A DNA stretch of 64,000 nucleotides, from sequence record NZ_CP035507.1; one strand, given 5' to 3'. The notes under the pieces were generated by a model. The model had not been told where the DNA came from. It ran no database searches and saw only the letters and a list, made by a program, of their open reading frames with translations. The DNA comes from a plasmid. The translations under genes and the position numbers were made by a program. This document shows, piece after piece, positions 38,328 to 47,215 of the stretch (its first letter is position 1; each line of letters opens with the position of its first letter).

Positions 38328-39616
38328 AGCAGCAAGCCCTCCGTGTCCGGTGGGGTGGCGCGCACGGGTTTCCAAAGGTCGTCGGGCACACCAAAGTCCG
38401 CAACCAGCTTGTCGACTGGCGCGAGGGTCAGATATGGATATGCTCGCCGAAACATATCCTCCTGCTCACCCGTACAGAGGTAAGCCCGCCACATGCCGAA
38501 TTGGCCGCGCACGTCGGGATTCCACTCCATGCGCTTGATCTTGGACAGATGGTCGCCGCCGTATCCGTCTTTCTCTCTGCCGTCTCGCGTGAAGTGGTAG
38601 GTTGGCGTTATCTGCACGAACCACTCTTCGCCGATTCGCATAAACTGCCAACTAAATGCCGAATGCCGCCAGAAGCTCCGATACTGCTTGGCGACGAAGC
38701 GGTCAGTATTCTTCTTTTCCGCATAGTAAGTAATCTTGCGATCACGCTTGCCAGGGTTCGGGCGGAAATAGAGCGTGTGGTGATCGCGGTCGTAACTCAT
38801 ATCCTGGCGCACCATTTCCTTCATCGCGCGGTTCAGCAGATCCACGAAATCGCGCTCCCTGTCCGGGTCGTCCGATAGCGCCCATTCAGACAAATCGAAC
38901 TCTTCCATAGCGCCCGTGTCGCAGGCTTCTCGCCACGGTAGCTCGTCCAGGTTGCGGAAAGACAGCACCGCCCCGCCGCGTAAAATTGCCTCGCCCGGCG
39001 GATAGGGGTTGTGTTCCTTCACCCTGCGCCAGAACTCACCCACGCTCTTGGCATCGGTCGGCGCCCAGTACAGCTTCGTCGCCATGGCCGAGACGCGCAG
39101 CAGATTGGTAGTCAATTCTTCGGTTCGACGTGGGGCCGAGTAGTAGCTGCCAGGCCGCGCGGTGGCGGCCACCTCTCGCAGCGCCCTGGCAGCGTCGGCG
39201 GTGAACAGGTCCGCCGTCTTATCGAACTGCACCTTGCGGTTGGCCCGGTTCTGGGGGTCTCTGAACCAAGTGCGTACGTCCTTCCAGTAGGCGCGGTCTG
39301 CGGTTAAGTCTACCACGATCAGCACCACGGGCGCGGTGCCGAATGTCCAGTAGTCGATATCGCGCTCGTCGCAGGGCCAGTGAAAGCCAGTGTCCGTGTC
39401 TCCTGGCAGACGATTTCCAGTGGCCTTGCTCTGAAACTGGACAATCTGGTTGGCAACCTCACCCGTTACCGGGTCGCGGATTTCGATGGTGCCGTCGATA
39501 CCGGCTTCCACGCCACCAGTTTCGTAGAACAGGTACTCCATTGCAGCCACAACCTTTCGGATGTGCGCTATTCCTTGTTCACCTTTTACCCCAGAAGTAT
39601 GTATTTTCTTGCCCAA
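38324..39616 (-). CDS. DREN (DUF4365, Mrr-like PD-(D/E)xK nuclease)-APAZ fusion partner of the short pAgo
   Basis: 430 aa. N-terminal ...GIDGTIEIRDP...IVQFQSKATG... matches the PD-(D/E)xK nuclease signature of DUF4365. The C-terminal about 250 aa are consistent with an APAZ domain. Gene order and coupling match SPARDA operons. Confidence 0.7.
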   Translation of the reverse strand: MGKKIHTSGVKGEQGIAHIRKVVAAMEYLFYETGGVEAGIDGTIEIRDPVTGEVANQIVQFQSKATGNRLPGDTDTGFHWPCDERDIDYWTFGTAPVVLIVVDLTADRAYWKDVRTWFRDPQNRANRKVQFDKTADLFTADAARALREVAATARPGSYYSAPRRTEELTTNLLRVSAMATKLYWAPTDAKSVGEFWRRVKEHNPYPPGEAILRGGAVLSFRNLDELPWREACDTGAMEEFDLSEWALSDDPDRERDFVDLLNRAMKEMVRQDMSYDRDHHTLYFRPNPGKRDRKITYYAEKKNTDRFVAKQYRSFWRHSAFSWQFMRIGEEWFVQITPTYHFTRDGREKDGYGGDHLSKIKRMEWNPDVRGQFGMWRAYLCTGEQEDMFRRAYPYLTLAPVDKLVADFGVPDDLWKPVRATPPDTEGLLL

Positions 39617-39824
39617 GGAACGACACCACTAGAATTTGTTGCTGCTCGACGAGCGAGCACCATAGGGTGTGCTGGCGACAATTTCAATGTCATCGGTCTG
39701 CCATCACCTAAGCAAGGCTGTGGTCAAGAGGGCTTTGATGGTGTGACCGCCCTCTTCGTGGATCATCGATGACTCACCCTGGCACACAGATGCCGTCGGG
39801 TGGCGGTCACACCATCAAAGCCCT

Positions 39825-40850
39825 TCACCGCCCCAACCGCTTTGCCCTCTCAGCCATCCGCACCACTTTCGCGCTCGCGGTCGCCGCAGCGCTCCGAACG
39901 GCAGCGGGTGCTTGCACCGCCCCCCGCCCGATCGCCTCACCCGTGGTCAGCGCACCGATCCGCGCCCTACCCTGCACGCCTGACGTGTTCACCAAGCCCC
40001 GGAGCACCCCCGCAGATCCGCTGACAATCGCAGGTGCCGCGGCCACCATCAGGTTCCCCGAGATCCCGCGCACGATCAGGGGCGTAGCCGCGACGAACCC
40101 CTTTGCCAAGAACACCATGACGAAGAACGGCACTAGTGAGCCGATGTTGGTGGCCGAGTTCGGATCGCCGAGCTGGGCCAGCAGCGAATTCGCCATGCCG
40201 ACGACGGTCGAGAACATGGCGGCGATGACGACGGGATAGAAGGCGTAGCTGATCGTCGTCGAGACCCATCTGTGGAAGAAATCCTTGGTCGCATCGAAGA
40301 GCGACAGAGCGATCATGATCGGCGCAAGGCCAAGCATCAGGGTCAGCATCATCTTGGCGAAGATGAGGACGATTCCGGTCATGAAGCCGAGCAGACTCAA
40401 GAGCACCAGGCCGATGCCGCCGAGGATCGCGCCCGTCATCCAGTTCAGATTGCTGCCGATCGCGTTCAAATATGTCGCGAAGCGCTCGATCAGGTTGTCG
40501 AATTCTCCCGCGAAATGGGTTGCGCCTGCGCCACCTCCGCCGACCGACGAAACCAGCGCGCCGGCGACATAGTCGAGGCCTCCGATCACGGCGTTGGACA
40601 CCGCGTTGAAATTGGCCCAGTTAAACGCGAAGAGACCTATCAGCGTCAGCTTGATCAGGTACCAGAAGAAGCTGGCCCCATCCATGCTGCGGAATTGGAA
40701 GGCCATGTTGATACAGACGCCGATCAGGGAAAGCGTGACCATCAGAAGGACGATCGTGCCGGTATTGCTGGCCACAGCCCCGAACTGGGACTCGGCAGCA
40801 TCGACAAGGAAACCGTCGGCGGTTTCGACCATCCAACTGACGACGCTCAT
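39825..40850 (-). CDS. virB6: T4SS VirB6/TrbL-family inner-membrane protein
   Basis: Polytopic membrane protein with Gly-rich C-terminal tail. Position in the virB operon. Confidence 0.8.
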   Translation of the reverse strand: MSVVSWMVETADGFLVDAAESQFGAVASNTGTIVLLMVTLSLIGVCINMAFQFRSMDGASFFWYLIKLTLIGLFAFNWANFNAVSNAVIGGLDYVAGALVSSVGGGGAGATHFAGEFDNLIERFATYLNAIGSNLNWMTGAILGGIGLVLLSLLGFMTGIVLIFAKMMLTLMLGLAPIMIALSLFDATKDFFHRWVSTTISYAFYPVVIAAMFSTVVGMANSLLAQLGDPNSATNIGSLVPFFVMVFLAKGFVAATPLIVRGISGNLMVAAAPAIVSGSAGVLRGLVNTSGVQGRARIGALTTGEAIGRGAVQAPAAVRSAAATASAKVVRMAERAKRLGR

Positions 40851-41290
40851 TACCAGTTGCCCTGAGCTTCGCAGATATCCTGAACCGCATGGCGCAGATC
40901 GTTGCGCTTCTGCCGGATGTCCCGCTGCGCAGCTGTGTGTTCCGCGGCTGAGGCCAAGAGGTAACGTTCATCGAACTCTTCTGAGGCATCTTCCCATACC
41001 GGGAAGCGGACGTCGCAGCCGCAGTTGCCTGTCTCGACGATCTGTTCCCATGCCCGCAGTTCATAGAGGTCCATCAGCGTCAAAGCCTTGTAGGCCTCAC
41101 GTGGATGAACCTCGTCCATCCAGGTTGGGCGTGCGGGGCGATCGTTGCAGATCCGGTATTGCTGGGGCGTGATGGTCACGGTCAAATCGTTCGTGACCTG
41201 AGGCGAGGTCTGGGCCGCGAGGGGCGCGGCCAGCAGGGTGACAGCTGCGGCGAGGGTGATCTTGCGCATGGGGGTTTCCTTTCGTTTCAT
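40850..41290 (-). CDS. T4SS-associated exported protein (signal peptide; possibly an entry-exclusion or VirB7-like component)
   Basis: MRKITLAAAVTLLAAPLAAQ signal peptide. Sits between virB11 and virB6. Confidence 0.45.
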   Translation of the reverse strand: MKRKETPMRKITLAAAVTLLAAPLAAQTSPQVTNDLTVTITPQQYRICNDRPARPTWMDEVHPREAYKALTLMDLYELRAWEQIVETGNCGCDVRFPVWEDASEEFDERYLLASAAEHTAAQRDIRQKRNDLRHAVQDICEAQGNW

Positions 41291-42321
41291 TCGGCCGCGA
41301 CCGCAGCGCGCTCGGCTGCCCCGGTTCGATCCGTGTTCTGATTTGGATGCCTTGCCTGCCCCGGCAGGAAGAACTCGGTGATTCCGCGGGCGCCGTCATC
41401 GCGACCGGCCTGGATGATCACGTCGATTGAGCCTTCGATGTAGTCGACCATATCGGCATAGGTCATGGGCACATCGGTCTTGAGCGCGGCAATGGCGAGG
41501 CGGCGGACGGCCAGTTGCGGGGTCTCGGCGTGCAAGGTGGTCAGCGAGCCGCCATGGCCGGTGTTGATCGCCTCAAGGAAGGTCATCGCCTCGCGGCCGC
41601 GAACTTCGCCCAGCACGATCCGATCAGGCCGCATGCGCAGGGTCGAGGCCAGAAGCACATCCGCGCTGCGAGCGTCCGCGTCCCGGTCCGCGATCAACGT
41701 TACGGCATTCGGCTGCTCGGGGCGCAACTCGGCTGCCTCCTCGATGGTAATGATCCGCTCCTCGGGTGGGATCAGCGAGAGTATCTTGCGCGCTGCGACC
41801 GTCTTGCCGGTAGAAGTGCCGCCCGAGACGATCATGTTGAGTTTGTTTTCGACGCAGAACCGCAGGGCGGCGTCGATGTCACCTGAGGCCACCACATCGC
41901 GCAAGGCGGCGTTCCGTTCGCGGCGCAAGCCTTCGAGGCTACGCTCCTTGCCATAGAGGAACCCGAGCCGGATTGCCTCCAGCGGCAGGGAGGAAAAAAA
42001 CCGCAGCGAGATGGAGAACCCGCCCTCGACGGCGGGCGGCTGGATAACCTGCGCGCGGATCGGACGATCCCGGTAGAGGATCGAGACCGAGACGATGGGC
42101 TTTTTGGTGCTGAGTGTGGTCGAGGCGGCCGAGGCGATCTGGTTACCGAGATCCTTGATCTCGGTCTGGGTCAGCGGCGTACCGAGACCACGCATGAAAT
42201 GATCGCCCTGGAACTCGCCCCAGACCTGTCCGTCGGGGTTGATACAGATCTCGATCGTGTCGTCCCGTTGCACGGGGGCACCCAGACGGTCGAGCGAGGC
42301 TTCGAGATAGCTTGCTGCCAT
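41287..42321 (-). CDS. virB11: T4SS ATPase VirB11
   Basis: Walker A IVSGGTSTGKTVAARK. The listed ORF runs to 42381. The start MAASYLE at 42321 abuts the virB10 stop. Confidence 0.85.
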   Translation of the reverse strand: MAASYLEASLDRLGAPVQRDDTIEICINPDGQVWGEFQGDHFMRGLGTPLTQTEIKDLGNQIASAASTTLSTKKPIVSVSILYRDRPIRAQVIQPPAVEGGFSISLRFFSSLPLEAIRLGFLYGKERSLEGLRRERNAALRDVVASGDIDAALRFCVENKLNMIVSGGTSTGKTVAARKILSLIPPEERIITIEEAAELRPEQPNAVTLIADRDADARSADVLLASTLRMRPDRIVLGEVRGREAMTFLEAINTGHGGSLTTLHAETPQLAVRRLAIAALKTDVPMTYADMVDYIEGSIDVIIQAGRDDGARGITEFFLPGQARHPNQNTDRTGAAERAAVAAE

Positions 42322-42322
42322 G

Positions 42323-43648
42323 TCAGAAGATCTCCAGGTCACGGTCGACCATGACCGTGATCCGCGTGCCCTGGTCGACATGGATCACGGGCCGGATCGC
42401 CAGATAGTCCTGCATGACGCTCTGGGTGCTGTCGCGTAGATCGGTCCCGACATCACTCGCGATGTCGGCCGCAGCCTCATCCTCGATTTGTCCGGCGGCG
42501 GCCGCAGGCAAGGCCCCGATCAGCGAGATCAGCGCCGCGGAGCCGAAGCGCTGCGCAAAACGGGTATCGACAAATCCGGTGGTGCCTGTGCGACCAAGCT
42601 CATCCCCACCGAAGGCGCTGATCTCCACGGTCTGGTTGTCGGGCAGGATGATGCGGTCCCAAGCCACCATCACCCGCGACTGCGCGAGCGCCACATCGGA
42701 GCGATAGCGCCCGACAAGGCGCGCGCCGCGCGGGATCAGGACCCGTGCGCCGTCGAAGGAATGGACGTCCTCAGAGACGATGGCGCGGATCGCGCCGGGC
42801 AGCGTGCTGTCGAGGGCCGTCTCGGTCACAGCCTGGATCATCGTGCCCTGCACGACGGTGTTGGCGGGGTTCACGATCACTTCGGCCCGCGTCACCGGAG
42901 CGGGCCTTGCGCCTGCGCGCACGAAGGCTTCGTCTTCATTCAAGCGCGCGGCCTCGAGGCTGTTCTCTCGGTCGGTCCCTGCCCCCATCCCAGAAAACGC
43001 GATCATGGGCGAGGCAATGCGTTCGGCCCGGGCCTCCGCTTCGGCGATGCGCCGGCGTTCAAGTTCCGCGAGCCGCAACTCCTCCTCGTTCGGGCCGAGG
43101 TCAGTCGGCTCAGGCGGGGTCAGCCGCGCGACCTCGAGGTCCATGCGCAGCTGGTCGAGCTCGCGATCGCGTTCGGTCAACTGCCGTTCGAGCGCGCGCT
43201 GCGCCTCGGTCGAGGCGGTCTGCAGTGCCGCGATTTGCGCTGTCAGATCAGCGATGGCCTGTTCTGCCCCGCTGTCCGATGCCTCGACGGGCCGCGCGCG
43301 CAGGTCTTCGAGTTCCGCGCGTAGCGTCGCGAGGCTTTCCATCAACGCAAGTTCCGACGTGGTGGGGCTGGTCTCGGCCGTCGGCGGCGGTGCAGGATCG
43401 GCCATCGGCATGGGGGCGAGATCGCCGAAGCCTGATCCCGTGGTCTGGAATTCTTCCGGGGCAGCGGTCGGCAGTGGGGCTTCCGGCGACGGTTGCAAGA
43501 CGGCCCAAGCCAAACCGCCAACAGCCACGATCCCGGCCACGCCGAGGATGGCGGTAAGCGGGGAGGGACGTGCTGCGCCACGATTCTTGTCGCCCGTTGC
43601 TTCAAGCGCCGCGAGGCGCGCGGCCAAGTCTTCGGTGTCCTGGCTCAT
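42323..43648 (-). CDS. virB10: T4SS VirB10
   Basis: TM segment, Pro-rich linker and C-terminal beta-barrel region (…VAWDRIILPDNQ…). The start MSQDTEDL at 43648 overlaps the virB9 stop (ATGA). Confidence 0.8.
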   Translation of the reverse strand: MSQDTEDLAARLAALEATGDKNRGAARPSPLTAILGVAGIVAVGGLAWAVLQPSPEAPLPTAAPEEFQTTGSGFGDLAPMPMADPAPPPTAETSPTTSELALMESLATLRAELEDLRARPVEASDSGAEQAIADLTAQIAALQTASTEAQRALERQLTERDRELDQLRMDLEVARLTPPEPTDLGPNEEELRLAELERRRIAEAEARAERIASPMIAFSGMGAGTDRENSLEAARLNEDEAFVRAGARPAPVTRAEVIVNPANTVVQGTMIQAVTETALDSTLPGAIRAIVSEDVHSFDGARVLIPRGARLVGRYRSDVALAQSRVMVAWDRIILPDNQTVEISAFGGDELGRTGTTGFVDTRFAQRFGSAALISLIGALPAAAAGQIEDEAAADIASDVGTDLRDSTQSVMQDYLAIRPVIHVDQGTRITVMVDRDLEIF

Positions 43649-44358
43649 GACGTGGGTCCGCCCATATCCTGAACACAGACCTCGTCTTCGCCGAGGCGCA
43701 GGACCCATTGGCGATTGACGCCCGACACGCGGATGACGCCGTCCTCGAGTGCCGTGCTGTTCACCGCCCGCTCGCCGCCATTGGCATAGCGGAAGATCGC
43801 CGGGACCGGCGCGTTTCGCGCGAAGCGGAAATAGGTGAAGGTGCCATCATCCCAGACGGCCGTCGGTGTGAACTCCTCGCTAGCGCTGACCGCGTAGTTC
43901 GCATTCGGCGCATCAGCGGCAACCGTGCGGGCCGGTTGTGCGCGGCTCTCGGGATAGCGGAACTGCACTACGTAATGCGGGGTCTCGCGAGCCTCGACCA
44001 CATGGAAATAGTAGGAACGGCGGTTCGTGTAGACCGTGATGTTGGTGGCCACACCCGAGGCTGCAGGCTTGATCGCGAAGGCGCGTCCGCCCGGCACACC
44101 GTCGAACTGGAAGCCCACCGTATCGCCCGCGATGATCGAGCGGATGGTCTCGCCCTCGCCGAATTCGACGGTGGTGACCCGGGTCAGGGTGGTGACGATC
44201 CGGTAGACCTGCCCCTCGGTCCAGCTCGCGATCCGGACGCGGTTGTCATGGGCGCCGGGGCGCGGCGTGGTCTCGGCCGACGCTGCGAGTGAAGTGAGCG
44301 CCAGGGCACTGACGACCAGCAGGGCGTGAACAGGGGCAAGAACGGGAACAGAAGTCAT
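43645..44358 (-). CDS. virB9: T4SS VirB9
   Basis: Signal peptide MTSVPVLAPVHALLVVSALALTSLAASA. Start at 44358 overlaps the virB8 stop. Confidence 0.8.
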   Translation of the reverse strand: MTSVPVLAPVHALLVVSALALTSLAASAETTPRPGAHDNRVRIASWTEGQVYRIVTTLTRVTTVEFGEGETIRSIIAGDTVGFQFDGVPGGRAFAIKPAASGVATNITVYTNRRSYYFHVVEARETPHYVVQFRYPESRAQPARTVAADAPNANYAVSASEEFTPTAVWDDGTFTYFRFARNAPVPAIFRYANGGERAVNSTALEDGVIRVSGVNRQWVLRLGEDEVCVQDMGGPTS

Positions 44359-45032
44359 TCGGAACGGTCCGATCGGATGGCATATTGGGTGACGGTGAAG
44401 CCGAAGGGGTTCTGCCAGACATCGTCGATCGAGCGGGTCCGTTCGGGTTGGAAGGCAAACATCAGTGTGGCGGTGAAAGATCCGTCCTGCGCCCCTTGCG
44501 GGCTGGTCAGGCGCTTTCTGAGACGCACCTGCGCGCGGTTGTCGCCGATGAGCGTGATCGAGGCGATCTCGACGGCCATCTCTGCGGCTGGGCCGTAGCG
44601 GGTCGGCGGGTAGCTCTCCTGCCCCGAGGTCCACATGGCGCGCATGCTGGCCTCGGCAGCACCGCTGGATTGCGCCAACACACGGCGCACGCGTAGATCG
44701 TTGTCGAGCTGGTTGTACGCCTCGCGATCCAGAATGTAGCGATAGATCTGCGCCTCGATGATGGCCGGGCGCTCGGCAAGCGATACCGTCTCAACCGTTG
44801 CATTCGGCAGGGCCAGACCCGTGGCGGGATCATAGGGCACGACGACCGGTGGGGGCGTCTCGACCATCAGGGCGACAGCAGCGGCCGCAAGGCAGCCTAA
44901 AACGCCGAAGCCTGCCCCGCCAAGGCCGATCATCCGCCAGAGCTGCTCCCGGCGCAGTGCGCCATGGATCAGTTCCTCTTCGACGATTTCTCGCGTGCTC
45001 ATACCTGCCGTCATGTCTGGAGCCTTGCTCAT
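44355..45032 (-). CDS. virB8: T4SS VirB8
   Basis: Single TM plus NTF2-like periplasmic domain. Operon position. Confidence 0.75.
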   Translation of the reverse strand: MSKAPDMTAGMSTREIVEEELIHGALRREQLWRMIGLGGAGFGVLGCLAAAAVALMVETPPPVVVPYDPATGLALPNATVETVSLAERPAIIEAQIYRYILDREAYNQLDNDLRVRRVLAQSSGAAEASMRAMWTSGQESYPPTRYGPAAEMAVEIASITLIGDNRAQVRLRKRLTSPQGAQDGSFTATLMFAFQPERTRSIDDVWQNPFGFTVTQYAIRSDRSE

Positions 45033-45826
45033 GGCGCGAGGCTCGGCAGGGTGAAGTCCATATAGCGGCGCTCTTCGGCGACGGCGGCAGCATCCACCAC
45101 GCCGGCATTGCCCGCGCCGAGGGTCTGGATGGCTTCAAGTTCCCACATCCGCGTCATCGCGATGGCCAGTTCCGCCGTAACACGGGTGTTGTGGTCCATC
45201 GACGCCTTCAGATCCTCCATGTCGGGGATCATCGCGACGAGCTGTTCGACGCGTTCGAGCGACTGGGCCGCCTCTGCATGGCTATTCTGGGCGGCAGCCG
45301 ACATCACAGCGCCGGTCGTGGCGCGGGTGGCGACACCTTCAGCGCCGGGATTGCCGCTCGTGGCGATCTCGCGCAGCGAGTCCTCGTCGAACCCGGCGCT
45401 GGCCAGAGCCTGTTCCATCTGCGTGCGTAGGGGACCTGCGTTGGGGCCGATCAGGCTCGACCAATCGCCCGCCTGGATACCCCGGATCAGACCGGGAATG
45501 TCTTCGAAATTGGCCTGCAGGAGGCCGTCGAGATCGCCGCCCATGGCGAGACCGAGAATGCTGCGCGGCCCGGTCAGCGAGGCATACATCTCCTCGAGCT
45601 GGTCGAACTGCTGCTGCAGGAGGTCGAGCTGTGCCAACGCATTGTCCAGAAGATCGGTCTGGATCCCGAAATCCTGCAGCATCTGCTGAAGCTGGCGGAT
45701 TTCCTGGGCGATGTTCTGGGTATCGACCGTGGGCACGCCCTGTGCGGTGACTGGCCCCGCAAGGGCAGTGGTCAGCGCGAGGGTCGCGGCGGTGGTGGTG
45801 AGGGAACGGTACAAACGCCGGATCAT
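45029..45826 (-). CDS. virB5: T4SS VirB5 (minor pilin/adhesin)
   Basis: Signal peptide, then coiled-coil AQGVPTVDTQNIAQEIRQLQQMLQDF. The C-terminus ends ERRYMDFT. Confidence 0.65.
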   Translation of the reverse strand: MIRRLYRSLTTTAATLALTTALAGPVTAQGVPTVDTQNIAQEIRQLQQMLQDFGIQTDLLDNALAQLDLLQQQFDQLEEMYASLTGPRSILGLAMGGDLDGLLQANFEDIPGLIRGIQAGDWSSLIGPNAGPLRTQMEQALASAGFDEDSLREIATSGNPGAEGVATRATTGAVMSAAAQNSHAEAAQSLERVEQLVAMIPDMEDLKASMDHNTRVTAELAIAMTRMWELEAIQTLGAGNAGVVDAAAVAEERRYMDFTLPSLAP

Positions 45827-47001
45827 CGCAATGTCTCCTGGGTGAAATCCATGAACTGCCGCTCAGCGGCTTGGGCCGCGGCCATGGCGAGCTGTTCCTC
45901 GCTCAGCGGCTGGGTATGGGCGGCCTTGATCCGGGTGCGGATCGCGACCAGCCGGGCCAGCTCGGCGCGCGCATAAGTGTTGAGCGCGATCGCCTCGTGC
46001 AGATCTTCGGTCTCGCCGATGCGGGTGATGATGTCCTGCACGCGCAGGGCGGCAGCGCGGACCGAGACCAGCGAGTAGTCGCCATAAACGCCTGCACCAT
46101 GGGCCGAGAGGCTGAAACTTGCGTTGGCAAGGAGCACAGGGTCGATGGTGCCGAGCGCATCGATGCCGCCCACGGCGGCGAGGTAGCTGTTGTACTGCTG
46201 CGGGATCACCACAACGTAATGCTGGGTTTCCGCGAAGGGCGGGACGCCGCCGTAGTCCTGCACGTTGCCTGGGCCTGCGTTGTAAGCGGCAAGCGCATGG
46301 ATGATGTTGCCATCGAACATGTTCAGCATCATCGCGAGGTAACGCGCACCGCCTGTGACCTGCAGGTACGGGTCGTCGTAATAGGCCGGGTTGATGCCAA
46401 GATCGCTCGCGGTAGCGGGCATGATCTGCGTGAGCCCGAAAGCCCCAACGGGGGAGCGTGCCCCGATCTGGAACCGGCTTTCCTGCCAGATCAGCGCTTG
46501 CAGCAGGCAGCGCCACTGGACCAGCGACAGCCCCGCGCGGCTTACACCCGGTAGGCTATGCGTGTCGCGTGCGGCACGGATAATCAGCTCCTCGATCCCT
46601 TCCCGGGCATCGCCGAACATCCGGGCTGCGGCCGGGTTGTTGTCCTCGGGCGCGTAGAGGCTGGCCGCAGCACTCTCGACGTCCTCAACCGCCCCCTGCC
46701 CCGCCTCGAGCCCGGCCGCGGTGCCAGCCACATCGCCCGAGCCGAGGGACATGGCATCCATCAGCCCTTCGAGCGAGGCGAGTTGCTGGCGTTCGATCTC
46801 GGCCAGCTCCTCCTCGCGCGTCAGCCGGTCCTGCTGTAGCGCCAGATCCTGATCGGTCTGATCGAGGATTGCCTGCCGCTCTGCGAAGAGGCGCAGGTCG
46901 AATGTCGGCACGCCCTGTCCGATCGCTGGCCCCGCCGTGGGACCTGCAAGTGCGAGGCCGATCATCGAGAGGGGGAGCCAGCTCCGCATCCGCTCAGCCA
47001 C
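45823..47001 (-). CDS. VirB5-like protein with an internal lytic-transglycosylase (SLT) domain
   Basis: The N-terminus GQGVPTFDLRLFAERQAILDQ and C-terminus ERQFMDFTQETLR parallel the downstream VirB5. The middle carries an SLT signature: CLLQALIWQESRFQ...GAFGLTQIMPATA...AAYNAGPGNV. Confidence 0.65.
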   Translation of the reverse strand: MAERMRSWLPLSMIGLALAGPTAGPAIGQGVPTFDLRLFAERQAILDQTDQDLALQQDRLTREEELAEIERQQLASLEGLMDAMSLGSGDVAGTAAGLEAGQGAVEDVESAAASLYAPEDNNPAAARMFGDAREGIEELIIRAARDTHSLPGVSRAGLSLVQWRCLLQALIWQESRFQIGARSPVGAFGLTQIMPATASDLGINPAYYDDPYLQVTGGARYLAMMLNMFDGNIIHALAAYNAGPGNVQDYGGVPPFAETQHYVVVIPQQYNSYLAAVGGIDALGTIDPVLLANASFSLSAHGAGVYGDYSLVSVRAAALRVQDIITRIGETEDLHEAIALNTYARAELARLVAIRTRIKAAHTQPLSEEQLAMAAAQAAERQFMDFTQETLR

Positions 47002-47215
47002 CCGCCCCCAGCAGCACGAAATCGCACGCCGTATCGCGGCGCGTGACCTCCGCGCCCATGGTCGAGATCGTCGTCGTGGCGGTGGCAGTTCCTGCCTGTA
47101 GAGGCGCGTCGCGGAAGTTGAAGCAGTTGGCCTGCGCGGGGTTATACTGCGCGCAGGCTGTCAGGCTCAGGCCAACGCCAAGCAGCACGGCGCTGCGCGT
47201 GATGGTACGGGTCAT
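46994..47215 (-). CDS. Small lipoprotein (VirB7-like)
   Basis: Lipobox LSLTAC. 73 aa. Lies between virB4 and the VirB5-like gene. Confidence 0.5.
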   Translation of the reverse strand: MTRTITRSAVLLGVGLSLTACAQYNPAQANCFNFRDAPLQAGTATATTTISTMGAEVTRRDTACDFVLLGAGG

